From positions 5,704,001 through 5,768,000 of the forward strand of contig OX597828.1 of NCBI GenBank assembly GCA_951406725.2: 64,000 nucleotides of DNA, read 5' to 3'. This document shows positions 14,358 through 27,605 of the stretch, piece after piece; position 1 is the first letter of the stretch, and every line of letters starts with the position of its first letter. This stretch comes from Octopus vulgaris. Lineage: Eukaryota. The notes beneath the pieces are model-generated. The model did no database searches and was not told where the DNA came from. It saw only the letters and a list, made by a program, of their open reading frames with translations. Both the position numbers and the translations under genes were made by a program.

Positions 14358-15617
14358 GAAGGTGTCCTGAAGAGTCCCAGGCTATAAGAGTGTTGCGGAG
14401 GCCTAGCTGGAGCTCGGAATCATCCACAAGGATAGCAATAATATATCCATCATCAGCCTTGTCAAACGTTGAAGAAAGCGCCTCATGAAGTAATCTCCAC
14501 TGAATGATCTTCCATGCAAAATCAGAATTGTTGTGTGTTGTTTCTAGTAAACTGACTGACCACATAGAGTATTTTCAAATCATATTTCATAACACTTGTG
14601 TATAAAAAAATACTATTTTGCAATGTTTTTTTTAAGTAGTCAGCAAAAGGGCTTTATTGTAAAACATTTGCGATATATATTTTAGTAATACTATTCACTA
14701 TACTGTACTCCCTTCTCAGTAAACATACAATTCATATTCTTTCTTTTAATGTATTTTTGTCTATCTAAATACTTTTTCCGCTATTAATTCAAGGAATTGT
14801 CTGAAACTTCATATCCAGATTTTGATTTTCATATTCCTATTACAGAAGCTCTATAAACACATCGATAAAGATATTTCATTTCATTCCATCTTTAACCATT
14901 CATATATGTATATATGTTTAAAAGAACATTCCCATTAGGTTTCACCTTCTTACGTTTGTCTCTGAAGGCAAACGTAGCATTTTCCTTCAACGAGATTTCG
15001 CTGAGTGGCTGAATGTGTGCTATGAGTCGGAAGAAATCAGATGAAAGGGCCACAAGGTATGGCCATTAAGCATTACTTTATGACTGCATTGCAGTTCCTA
15101 CGAGAGTGTGCTTTTCCTCTAATGCACAGTTCGTAGCAGTCCGTCAAAGCGTTGACCGTAAGCTACAGATGATGAACAGTTATTTGATCAGTAAAAAAGA
15201 AAGAAAGAAACTAAATGAATTTCCTAATAAGAAATACATACCATTTGTAAAAGCATTTGTTCATAGACTGTTCTTTTCCTTTTTTCATTTTTTTAGCTGC
15301 TTCAAACAGTCATATACTTGCTAGAGGAAGATAGCATCAGAGATATATTTTTGTTTGTTTTCATAAATTGACTACATTTTTCGACCTGTCAGCACTAAAA
15401 GAAACATTTTAATAGCATTACTTAAATGTTATTTAAAACATCAATCTCTGCATTTATGTACGTGAATATATATGTGTATGTTTGCGTGCGATACGCATGT
15501 ACGCCTGTGGTTGTTGCATATTTCTCTTTCACTTTCTCTCGTTTCTAGTTTTCTCTCAATCCTGACACATGCGTGTTTGTGTGTGCGTATGTGTGTTCGT
15601 GAGTTTATCGACGTATA

Positions 15618-15695
<78 letters not shown>

Positions 15696-15949
15696 GAAGC
15701 ACCATCACACACTGACACACATATATAAGTGAGTTTATGCGTGCACGTGTGTATGTGTATGCTAATTTGTATGTGACTGTACGTTAGTGATTCCATGCAT
15801 CCGTGTCTTTGTTATAGATAATAATGTATATAGAGGAAAATATACATTTCTACGTGCAGTTTGTAGCAAACATTATTAATGCAACAGTTCACCGTTTCTG
15901 CAGACATTCAACAGCATTTTATTAACATGCTGGTGAGAAATCGTACAGT

Positions 15950-17560
15950 CATATTCAATCAATAACATTGCTTCCAATCATCTAGGGAAGAAATATCCAA
16001 ACATTCGACAAAATAATCAAAATCTATCATGGGCAAGCATTTGCTGAAGCTACGGTTCTTTCAGTATTTCTTGGACACTGGCAGATCTGGTCGCCATTTC
16101 TCACGCTCATCTTCCACGCAGATCGTTTAGACGGATCTACAACTCTGGGTAAAATAATGAGGAAGATTGATCACTTTGTATTTTCATTGATAACTGTAAC
16201 TCACAGTCATCCAGGACCCGAGCATTCCGACTAATGTGGCGTCAACATTTGCAAGTACATACGCAGAATCACTTAATCTTGGGACAAAGTACTGTTTGTT
16301 TTGCGTTCTTCGAGGAGAACTTTATCGCTCACATTTGTGGCTTTGGAATCAAATACTGGAAACTGTTATAATCCACTTTGTTTCTCTCCTTAGTTTTTTT
16401 TCTTCTAGCATCTACGTTAGGAATGTTTGTTAAAAAAGTTAATTAATGTAGATGGTGAGAATGACCATCACGAAGGAGCTTCGATCAAGCTTATATACGT
16501 AATTCAATTCGGAAGACCCTGGTGAAAGTGTACAGGACTTTTCTTTTTGGTTATGTGGATAATCAAGTATGTGGTTGGCAAACGGTATTGGTTACAGAAA
16601 GATGCCATCTACTTCATTTCTTTTGCAGATGATTAATAAAGAACAAAAGTGACCTTTCTTCATGGGGATTTTAGACACAGACAGCAATCGACTAAATAGC
16701 CTAACGTGAATGAATTTCAATATGAAATTTATAGCCTGATATTACAACAGTTTACAAGGATAAATCTAGAGACACACAGCTAACGTTTCCCCTGCAAGTT
16801 CGACGTACAAATAGAATGAGAAAGCATTCAATATTCAAACGTGGAAACTTCATTTAGTATTCTTAAATAGATGTGAAATTGTGTAAAGGTGATACGCAGA
16901 AATATCGACAGTTGGCCTCATGATGATCTGAAAGAGATAAGTTTGGTGCTTAGAGTTAAGATGTTTTTTGGAACATTTACCAAGACAAATAATTTTGGTA
17001 AAATACCGAAATTTCAATATCAACATTTCAAGTGATGTGAACGTGTCGTCTGGTCCCCCAAAATATAATCAGTTGGTTTATCTTTCCTGTGGATGACCTC
17101 ACACGGTAGTGGGACTATCATTCAGAAGCTACAAGGGCTTTGACGAATGTGGAACAAAATCTTAGCAATTATTTTCCCCAGATCTACTCCTATCTGTTAT
17201 AGCAATACTTGTCAGAGCCCCAGGTATGGGGAAAACGTCAGGCAACCACCCAGACCACAATATTTTGACATCAAAGTATGCAGCATTATGGATATGGCCT
17301 AATTTGGCTTACTAAGTGAATGGTGTATATCCCTGTATGCAGAGAATATGAATAGGCTAAAAAATATGCCAGTAACCAGGTTCAACCAGTTCAGCTATGA
17401 AACTACCGGTATCATGTCTAGTCGTGATCTGCGCTGGTGAAATATTTCAGGGAACGAAAGAGTAATGTGACAAAAGACCCTGGACATACGTCCATGCTGC
17501 ATCGCTCGATCGAGACATCTGGCGTGGAAGGCTTGAATTGGTCCAGTCAGGCCACACGAC

Positions 17561-17565
<5 letters not shown>
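15950..17565 (+). mobile_element. Highly degenerate RTE-clade LINE with (GAT)n tail
   Basis: Traces of a KAFD-like RT motif near 16475. The C-terminus HAASLDRDIWRGRLELVQSGHTTG** runs directly into (GAT)n. Confidence 0.55.
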
Positions 17566-17631
<66 letters not shown>

Positions 17632-17644
17632 GGTGGTGATGGTC

Positions 17645-17721
<77 letters not shown>

Positions 17722-17810
17722 GGTGGTGGTGGTGGTGGTGATGGTGATGATGATGATGATGACGATGATGATGATGATGATGATGTGGAGGAGGAGGAGG
17801 AGGAGGATGG
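17563..17810 (+). repeat. Compound (GAT)n/(GGT)n/(GAG)n microsatellite
   Basis: Read directly from the sequence; it explains the poly-D/G/H/M ORFs. Confidence 0.97.
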
Positions 17811-18788
17811 TCAAGTCCCAGAATATGTAAGTATACAGAGCAGAGAGTGAAAGTGGAAGAGAGCTTGCTTTTGGCATGATGTATAATCCGGCAAATGTGG
17901 GGAAACCGTATTGCTTTTACGTAAATGACGTGTTTCATTTCATTTACAGACAAACCAGTCTCATGTGCGTTTGTGCACGTTTAATGAGAGTGAAAAATAT
18001 GCTTTCAAATCATGAGCACATTATACGTGTATTAATGCTCTTCGGGGATATGCACATACAGAAATATACACTAATATACGCCACCACACACACACACACA
18101 CAAATATACTTACGGGCATTCATTTTTATATTCCTATATGTGTTTCTAATGTTCCTTCATGTTCCTTCTCTGCCACTCTCTCACTCTCTTTGTACGCACA
18201 CATATACATATATACTTACATAGATATATGCATATAAATTCATGCATATATATATGTGTGTGTGTGTGTGAGTGTTTTTGTGTGTGCATATCTATATACT
18301 CGTACGTATGTGCATAAATCCATATGCCTACACATACAAACGTACATATAATTACATACGTAACTAGATGTAGATATATTGCATTTATAAGCCTTGATTT
18401 AATTTTGAAACTTCTCTAACCTATTTCCTATCAATGAAGTTCATAACCTAATCAAAATGGTGGTACGTTACTGAGATACGTATGTCCGTCTCCTTTCCTC
18501 TTCAAGTTAAATGTACGTTTGATGTTAATCGAATTAGCCAGGAGAGGAATGTTCTATCCTAACTTGCCTTAATATATTTATAAAATTTTCAGCTGTGTAC
18601 AACACACTATACATATCTCACTGGAGTAAGTATGACACAAGCTAAAAAGATGCGATTTCTCAGAATTCGGAGTTGTATATTATCTCTGCATCTTACTTGA
18701 TAGACTATGCTTACGCGCATGCGCGTGAATAAGGAGAGGAAATTGTTCGAACTATTGTGAAATGTACGTGTGTATGTGAGTGTGTGTT

Positions 18789-18833
<45 letters not shown>

Positions 18834-19067
18834 ATCTATATATATATGAATTTGTTTTGTAAGATTCTTCATGTGAAATCCTAACTCGAAACTTATGTTC
18901 TTATACTTAGGGACTGTCACATTTTGCCAGTTAAACACACTATTTATTTGGTATTTAGTTCAGCTATTTTATAATAGATATTATTATTATCATTATCATT
19001 TTTTTATTGCTACTACCAGAGACAGCCGGCGTTGCTTGGGACTAAAATGAAATAGTTTTTTATTATT

Positions 19068-19260
19068 GTTTTACTTATTTCAGCCATTTGACAGCGGCCA
19101 TGATGGAGCACCGCCATTAATCGAACAAATAGACTCTGTGAATTATTCGTTGTCAGCCGAGTACTTATTCTATCGGTGATTTTGCCCAACCACTTCGATA
19201 CGCAGACGTAGGCACAAAAAGATCGGTTGTTTAATGAAGGTGGGGGTACAAACACACAGG
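19068..19260 (-). mobile_element. 3' half of the CORE-type tRNA SINE
   Basis: cggccatgatggagcaccgcc...gtacttattctatcggt. Confidence 0.75.
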
Positions 19261-19266
19261 CATATA

Positions 19267-19316
<50 letters not shown>

Positions 19317-19327
19317 TATATATATAT

Positions 19328-19381
<54 letters not shown>

Positions 19382-19577
19382 TAAATGAGGGTGAAAATTC
19401 GATATTAATTTAATAATACCGTCAATTTAACACAAGTGGCTTAATTTATATATATATATATATATATATACTTATATAAATATATATATATATATATATA
19501 GTTATATATGAAAACACAAACAGAAAATACAACGCGAGGCCGCGGAACAATTATAGTATTATTGGACGCTCAGAATA

Positions 19578-19613
<36 letters not shown>

Positions 19614-19644
19614 TTATATAAATATATATATATATATATATATA

Positions 19645-19839
19645 GTTAATCCAAACATGAAAACACAAACAGAAAACACAACGCGAGGCCGCGGAACAAT
19701 TATAGTATTATTGGACGCTCAGAAAGGAAGGGAAGGAGGGTTTAACGTTTCGAGTGGAGCTCTTCGTCAAAACATAGGAAGAGGAAAGATCCAAAGAAGG
19801 GAAGAAGGAGGAAAAAAATCGTCAACGGTACACACGCTG

Positions 19840-19842
<3 letters not shown>
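19645..19842 (-). mobile_element. ~200-bp (TA)n-embedded non-autonomous element with hammerhead motif (family B); partial duplicate at 19501-19573
   Basis: Matches 21455-21654, 39177-39379 and 51519-51721. Confidence 0.85.
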
Positions 19843-19897
<55 letters not shown>

Positions 19898-19901
<4 letters not shown>

Positions 19902-20220
19902 AAACAAGTCAAAAATAGAAAATGCTAAGATAATTTTATAGTGAATCTTTCAGTACCGGTTTCGGTCATTTTGAGACCTTTTCAACTGTAACGATTAAAT
20001 AATTAAATTTAGAAAAATTAGAAGAAAAGTTTTTTTAAGGGAATATTTCTATAGTAGTGTTCAGATATAAGTGGCATTCTGCCTTTCTCTGACTCCCTTG
20101 TTTGCACTTGTCTGTTCGAGGTCGTTGTGAGTTCTTGGTAGGGTAGGAGAAGCAGAAGGCTGATGTGGAGATTCACTATAAAATTATCTTAGCATTTTCT
20201 ATTTTTGACTTGTTTTTTCA
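19898..20220 (-). mobile_element. (TA)n-embedded element with ~52-bp inverted termini and a minimal hammerhead (family C)
   Basis: gaaaaaacaagtcaaaaatagaaaatgctaagataattttatagtgaatct at 19898 and its exact reverse complement at 20169-20219. Confidence 0.85.
19951..19988 (-). ncRNA. Minimal type-I hammerhead ribozyme motif, U3-A8 variant
   Basis: Minus strand reads cag TTGAAAA ggtc-tcaaaat-gacc GAA ACCGGT A ctg: helix I cag/ctg, perfect helix II, palindromic helix III, GUA triplet. Confidence 0.75.
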
Positions 20221-20253
20221 TATATATCAACTCGTGTGTTCCTTTCCACCCTT

Positions 20254-20330
<77 letters not shown>

Positions 20331-20749
20331 GGCGTAGGAGTGGCTGTGTGGTAAGTAGCTTGCTTACCAACCACATGGTTCCGGGTTCAATACCACTACG
20401 TGGCATCTTGGGCAGGTGTCTTCTACCATAGCCTCGGGCCGACCAAAGTATTCGACCCGAGTGAAATTGGAAGACGGAAACTGAAAGAAGCCCGTCATAT
20501 ATATGCATATATATATTTATATATATATGTGTGTGTATACTTTTGTGTGTCTGTGTTTGTCCCCCTCACATCGCCTGACAACTGATACTGGTGTGTAACG
20601 TCCCCGTAACTTAGCGGTTAAGAAAAAGTGACCGATAGAATAAGTACTAGGCTTACAAAGTCCTGGAGTAGATTTGCTCAACTAAAAGCGGTGCTCCAGC
20701 ATGGCCACAATCAAATGCCTAAAAACAAGTAAAAGAGTAAAGAGTAAAG
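20331..20749 (+). mobile_element. Full-length CORE-type tRNA SINE (Octopus OR-like) with internal microsatellite
   Basis: A-box tggctgtgtgg, B-box ggttcaatacc, CORE-like cttgggcaggtgtctt, internal (TA)/(TG) tract, tail gagtaaa repeats. Confidence 0.9.
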
Positions 20750-20753
20750 ATAT

Positions 20754-20824
<71 letters not shown>

Positions 20825-20831
<7 letters not shown>

Positions 20832-20924
20832 GGAGCTTCTACAGGACTAGAACTGTTTCATTCAAAAGAAATCATGATTTCTTTTGAATGAAACAGTTCT
20901 AGTCCTGTAGAAGCTCCTTCTATA
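20825..20924. repeat. Perfect 100-bp spacer-less palindrome in (TA)n
   Basis: Centre atca|tgat; arm tatagaaggagcttctacaggactagaactgtttcattcaaaagaaatca. Confidence 0.97.
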
Positions 20925-20997
20925 AAATAAATTAATTTACTCTGCGATGTATTGAGTACCTTATTTACTGTGGTTAACCCCGACTCAACCCGGGACC

Positions 20998-21057
<60 letters not shown>

Positions 21058-21109
21058 TATGTATACAAATGTATACATACATGTGGTTAAAATAGCCTTT
21101 TTTTATTGA

Positions 21110-21379
21110 TTTACTTGTTTCACTCATGTGAATGCGGTAATGATGGACAACCTCGCTTAGTCAATCGACCCCCAGTATTTATTCTTTGTAAGCATAGTAC
21201 TTCTTCTATCGGCTTCTTTTGACGTGGACGTAAACACAGCAATATCGGTTGTCAAACGATGGTGGCGGTACAGACACAAACACACATACACACATAAATA
21301 TAAGCATATATACGACAGTTTTCTCTCAGTTTCCGTGTATGAAATACACCCACAAGGCTTTGGTCGGCGTGATGCGATA

Positions 21380-21381
<2 letters not shown>
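21110..21381 (-). mobile_element. CORE-type tRNA SINE, 5'-truncated
   Basis: Reverse complement of the family body and tail. Confidence 0.75.
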
Positions 21382-21441
<60 letters not shown>

Positions 21442-21454
21442 CTATATATATATA

Positions 21455-21790
<336 letters not shown>

Positions 21791-22464
21791 GACACAGCCA
21801 CAGGAAGCAAACATTATTGAAGGAACTGAACAGTGGTATAAAATGTCAACCCAATTTTTTCTCCTTCCTATCTTCCTTCTTTCTTCCCTTCTCTATCAAC
21901 ACCTCTTTCTGATACACAGGCATCCATACACACACGCGCACATACACTCACACACACTCACAAAACATTGATAAAAAGAAATCCAGACAATTTCTTGAAA
22001 AGTGACATTTTACCCCCGTAGGAGTGACCAGCTGGGTTTGCCATTTCTAAAAGCCAAGAAACATTTACTATTGAAAGACTGAGCAGCTGCAAAGATATCG
22101 ACAATTTTTTCTACTTTCTCTCCTTCCTTTCCTTCTCTTTTTCTTTAACACTTCATTCAGATACAAACACACACATACACACACACACACGCTCTCTCTT
22201 TCACTTTCTCCCCATTCCTCACCCTCTTGCACTATTTTATATCTCTCCCCAATCCAATACACTCAATAATACTATAGAAAAAGACAAAATTCCTGCAAAA
22301 GTTCAATTTGACAACTCCACTAAAGTGGACGAAAGCGTTATATATGATATATGATTTATAAAAATATGTAACATACTAATAAATATCTGTAAATATAAAA
22401 CCATCCAGATTTCTGAGTACCTCATTTCTTCTAATATATAATACCTGTACATCATCTCCAAACC

Positions 22465-22519
<55 letters not shown>

Positions 22520-22540
22520 AGATTATTATTATTATTATTA

Positions 22541-22973
22541 TTGAGTGAGAGAGCAGTTCATGCCATCAAAGTGACACTGGGGTAAAATATACGAAGCTCA
22601 ATATACCCATCATGACTACCCGTCTGATAAGGGTACACCAGGCACATGCATCACAACCATATGTGCGCGACATGGTGATCTCATAAAAAGATAAACAGCA
22701 CATGACCTTGCAGGTGGGGCTCAGTTAGAATTTTCTTCTGGTTGAGTAGCCCATCCCGCTCAAACGGTCCCTGAATAAGGGTTGTTTAAGGATATTGAAA
22801 GAACCACCCATGTTTCCAGAGGTGAATTATTCAAACCCCAAAGAATCCCTCTCAACACATGGCTATGATGCTCCCCCACTACTTTTGCTCGTGATCAGAG
22901 ATGTACATATCGTCAACCACTAAGGGACATGCTCAACTGGTTAAAGTCAAACAGCTGACAAGCCAATCTGTGG
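22541..22973 (-). mobile_element. ~550-bp (TAA)n-associated non-coding element, truncated copy
   Basis: Near-identical to 26235-26790; flanked by (ATT)n. Confidence 0.9.
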
Positions 22974-23000
22974 TATTATTATTATTATTATTATTATTAC

Positions 23001-23051
<51 letters not shown>

Positions 23052-23077
23052 CATTGTTATTATTATTATTATTATTA

Positions 23078-23111
<34 letters not shown>

Positions 23112-23143
23112 CATTATTATTATTATTATTATCATTATTATTT

Positions 23144-23634
23144 TGGGGTAAAATATACGAAGCCCAGTAGATCCATCATGAGTACCTGTATGATAAGGGT
23201 ACACCAGGCACATGCATCACAACCATATGTGCGCGACATGGTGATCTCATATGAGAATAAACAGCGCATGACCTTCTTGTCGAGTAACCCATCCCACTCA
23301 AAAGGTCCCAGAATAAGGGTTGTTTAAGGATGATGAACTAAACACCCTTGGAAACAAGGGTGAATTATTCAAACCCCAAAGAATCCCTCTCAACACATGG
23401 CTATGATGCTTCCCCATTACTTCTGCTCGTGATCAGAGATGCACATATCGTCAGCCACTAAGGAACATGGTCAACTGGTTAAGGTCACACAACTGAGAAA
23501 CAAATCTGTGGTATTGAGCAGAATATTTGCTGTATCCCATCTTTTATACCAAGACAAAGCAATGTATATGATGACACTTCCAATCACTTAAGGTCAGAAG
23601 CCATGAGAGCCACTGCCTGGTACTGCATCAAGGC
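23144..23634 (-). mobile_element. ~550-bp (TAA)n-associated element
   Basis: Same family; ends ...ggtactgcatcaaggca immediately before the Tx1 LINE. Confidence 0.9.
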
Positions 23635-26076
23635 ATGTTCGGTGTGTACCTGGACGGCCTACCGCAACTCTCGGACAGCGAGGCAGAGTGCTGCGAAGGA
23701 CCGATATCTGCCTGGGAAGTACAGGAAGCGATGAAGAGTTGCACGAGAGGTAGATCGCCGGGTTTGGATGGTCTGCCCTACGAGCTTTACTTTTCAATGC
23801 CAGACTTGTTTGCGGACCTGTTGGCAAACGTCTACTGCAACTGGCAGCAAAACGGGAGAATTCCTGCTTTTGTCTGTCGAGGGGTGGTGGCTTTGCTAAA
23901 GAAAGACCCAAACAAGGGGGACGTTATAGGGAATTTCCGGCCCATCACTCTGCTCAATGCAGAGTTGAAGATTTTGGCCAAGGTGCTAGCCAAGAGATTG
24001 GCGCTTGTCGTGGACAAGCTGGTCGGCAAGACGCAGACATGCGCCGTGCCGACCAGGTCGATACACGACAACCTCCATCTCATGCGCTACATCATAGAGA
24101 GGGTGGGTAACGACGCTGGCGCGGGTGGGGCTTTGATCAACTTGGATCAGAGTAAAGCCTTCGATAGGGTCGACCATCGGTACCTGGCAGCTGTCCTCAA
24201 GGCAGCCGGCTTCGGTCCAGTCTTCCGCGGGTGGATAGCTGCTTTATACAGCAACATCTGCTCGGTGATACGGGTGAACGGTCACATTTCGGAACCGTTC
24301 GACATCTCGCGTTCGGTCCGCCAAGGATGCCCTCTCTCCTCCCTCTTGTACATTTTGACTCTCGAGCCATTACTGCGCAAGTTGGAGGCTTTGAGGGGTA
24401 TCCCGCGCGATCTAGGAGGCGGAAACAGCGTGTCTGCTTATGCCAACGACGTCACCGTGGTGGTGTCGAGCCACAGGCACATTGGCCTGATTGGCGAGAC
24501 GCTAAACCAGTACGAAGCGGTGACAGGGGCAAAGATTAACGCGGAAAAGTCTGTGGGCTTGCAACTGGGCACCTGGAGAGGCAAGCCCATGCCGTCCAAC
24601 AACGTCGTAGGGCGCTGGACAGACGGACCCGTTAAACTGCTCGGGGTCTGGTTCGGTCCGGACCTCCAGGTGGATAAGAACTGGGAAGAGGTGACGAGCA
24701 GGGTGGCACGTCTCACCCAGAAATGGGCCGAGAGGAAGCTGTCCCTGAAAGGTCGAGCGGAGGTGGCGAATGCGTACATCGCATCCGTCATCTATTAACG
24801 CTTGACCGTCGTCCCTTGTCCCGACCGCTGGTTGGCCAAGCTGGTACGCCTGCTCTTCGACTTTTTGTGGAAGGGTCAGGTGCCACTGGTCAGGCGATCC
24901 ATCTGCTGTCAACGACCGCTGAACGGAGGCCTTGGAATGCCGTGGTTGCTGTTGCGCAGACATGCGCTCAGGCTGCGGCATCTCAAGCGCTTCCTAGACG
25001 GTGAACAGGTGTGGTCGTCTTTTGTCAGACGCGATTTTCCGCAGCTCGTCTCTTTGACGGAGCTGCAGACCTGGATCAAACGTAGACCGAGAAAGGGCGC
25101 TTGGCACCTCGAGTGCCGTCAAGCCCTCTCCGCCCTCCGTCAGGCGGGCAATGCGATCGGTTACAGCTCCACTCTAGCGTTCTATAGAGGGTTAGTGGAG
25201 GAAAATGCGACGACGTTCTCGGGGAAACTCTAGGCGTTGAAGATGACGAACTGTGCGGTCTGTTCGGGAGGACTTTCGGGCCGGGGCCGATGAATAATTT
25301 CCAGAGGTCTCTCGCCTGGCAGTGCTACCGAGGGGCTCTGCTTGTTCGAGATAAACTCTACCGGCACGGAAGTGCTGTCAGCCGGGCCTGCCCGAGATGT
25401 TGCCAGGACGACGAAACCGTTCTGCACGCACTCGTCCAGTGCCCGAGTATTGCTGAAATATGGGTTTATGTCGAACAGCTACTGTCACGTGTAGGACGGA
25501 TCCGACTATCGGCCGAATCCATAGTGAAGATTGCCCCGCCGACCTCCTTTAACAAGGAGGGCGAGGCCGTTTTCTTGTGCTTAGTGGCTGTGGCGAAAGA
25601 GGTGGTGTGGTGGACTCGTTTGAAAGGGCTAAAGTCAGACACTTTCCTCTTTGGTCAAGGCCTCATCAACTTTTTCAAGTTTCACTTGAAAAGGAAGATG
25701 AGGTTAGAGAGGAAAGTGCTGTCCGATAGCAAGTTTTATGAAAGGTGGGTGAATTGTGCGAGACTGGCCTGTATAAATGGATCAGTTCTCAGGTTTCGCC
25801 TGTGATTTCAAAAAGGTAATACAAAAAGGAGAAAAAAGGGGACTCTCTACACCCCTTTTTTTACCAGGCTCCCGTTGGCTTTTGTAGGGTTTTTCCACCA
25901 GGAACCTTTCGAAACGTCTCCCCCTTTTGGGAGTTTTTCATTGTTGAATTTTTTAAATTGTTATAAAGATTTTTACTCGATGTTTTTCAAAAAACGGACA
26001 AAACCCTTTGTAACCTTTCGTCCTGTTTTGTCCCTTTATATAATCATGCGTGTCAGCCCTTGTGGCCAATAAAAAA
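23635..26076 (+). mobile_element. 5'-truncated L1/Tx1-clade LINE (ORF2 RT + zinc knuckle), recently inactivated
   Basis: SPGLDGLPYE, FRPITLLN, LDQSKAFDRVDH, VRQGCPLS, AYAND (YADD mutated), GGLG, CPRC..DETVLHALVQCP. One stop at 24796-24798 and a frameshift near 25205. 3' UTR ends aataaaaaag. Confidence 0.95.
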
Positions 26077-26158
26077 GAATTGATTATTATTATTATTGTT
26101 ATTGTAATTATTATTATTATTGTTACTATTATCATTCTTCTTCTTCTTCTTCTTCTTC

Positions 26159-26234
<76 letters not shown>

Positions 26235-26235
<1 letters not shown>

Positions 26236-26790
26236 GAGTGAGAGAGCAGTTCATGCCATCAAAGTGACACTGGGGTAAAATATACGAAGCCCAATATACC
26301 CATCATGACTACCCGTCTGATAAGGGCATACCAGGCACATGCATCACAACCATATGTGCGCGGCATGGTGATCTCATATCAAGATAAACTGCACATGACC
26401 TTGCAGGTGGGGCCCAGTTAGAATTTTCTTCAGGTTGAGTAGCCCATCCCGCTCAAACGGTCCCTGAATAAGGGTTGTTTAAGGATGTTGAAAAACCCAC
26501 CCATGTCTCCAGAGGTGAATTATTCAAACCCCAAAGAATCCCTCTCAACACATGGCTATGATGCTCCCCCACTACTTCTGTTCGTGATCAGAGATGCACA
26601 TATCGTCAGCCACTAAGGGACATGCTCAACTGGTTAAAGTCAAACAACTGACAAGCAAATCTGTGGTATTGAGCAGAATATTTGCTGTAGCCCATCTTTT
26701 ATACCAAGACAGAACAATGTACATGATAACACTCCCAATCAGTTAAGATCAGAAGCCATGAGAGCCTCTGCCTGGTACTGCATCAGGGCA
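26235..26790 (-). mobile_element. ~550-bp (TAA)n-associated element, complete copy
   Basis: Plus strand gagtgagagagcag...ctggtactgcatcagggca, with (ATT)n on both sides. Confidence 0.92.
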
Positions 26791-26845
<55 letters not shown>

Positions 26846-27235
26846 TTAGTTTCTTTGTCAAATCTTTTCGTCATGCATTCTGTGATATTCAGTATATTGG
26901 GTATATACTGTAGATTGAGTAGCTTGAGTGTATTATGCATACACCATTGGTGGTTTATTGGTTGCAGAAATGTAAAACTCACCGAATGAAACACGTGAAT
27001 AGAATAACGTTAAGCTCATCGTAGTTAAGTACTCTAAATCGGTTTTATTTAACCCTCGTCGTTTACCTTGGAATTTAAATGATTATTGCCTACCTATGAT
27101 TTTGTTTAAGTGATTGTGCTGTCAAAAGAAAAAGTGGATGTGAAAAGAAAAACAGGGACGACAGAGAGGGATGAATGAGAGGAATGATGGAACATTTTTT
27201 CAGAGGCATGTGTCCTTGCGTATACAGACAGTTGT

Positions 27236-27450
27236 GAGGGGCTAAACACAGAGGGGACAAAGAAGAACAGACAAAAGGATTAAGTCGATTATATCGACCC
27301 CAGTGCGTAACTGGTACTTATTTAATCGACCCCGAAAGGATGAAAGGCTAAGTCGACCTCGGCGGAATTTCAATTCAGAACGTAACGGCAGACGAAATAC
27401 CGCCAAGCATTTCGCCCGGCGTGCTAACGATTCTGCCAGCTCACCGCCCT
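27236..27450 (-). mobile_element. Young Nin-domain tRNA SINE
   Basis: Minus strand ggcggtgagctggcagaatcgttagcacgccgggcgaaatgc...gccgaggtcgacttagcctttcatcctttcggggtcgattaaataagtaccag. Confidence 0.9.
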
Positions 27451-27497
27451 CTAGTTATATACTACTGAAAGAGAAAGGGGGGGATAGAGGCGGAAAG

Positions 27498-27605
27498 GAA
27501 GAAGAAGAAGAAGAAGAAGAAGAAGAAGAAGGAGGAGGAGGAGGAGAAGAAGAAGAAGAAGAAGAAGAAGAAGAAGAAGAAGAAGAAGAAGAAGAAGAAG
27601 AAGAA
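27498..27605 (+). repeat. (GAA)n/(GGA)n microsatellite
   Basis: Read directly from the sequence. Confidence 0.95.

Noticed and set aside
14355-14650. Mariner-type MITE (tacgaaggtgtcctgaagagtcccaggct)
   Set aside because: Only one TIR-like end is visible and there is no transposase trace.
17395-17953. Poly-Asp/Gly, poly-His and poly-Met ORFs
   Set aside because: They are translations of a compound trinucleotide microsatellite at a LINE tail.
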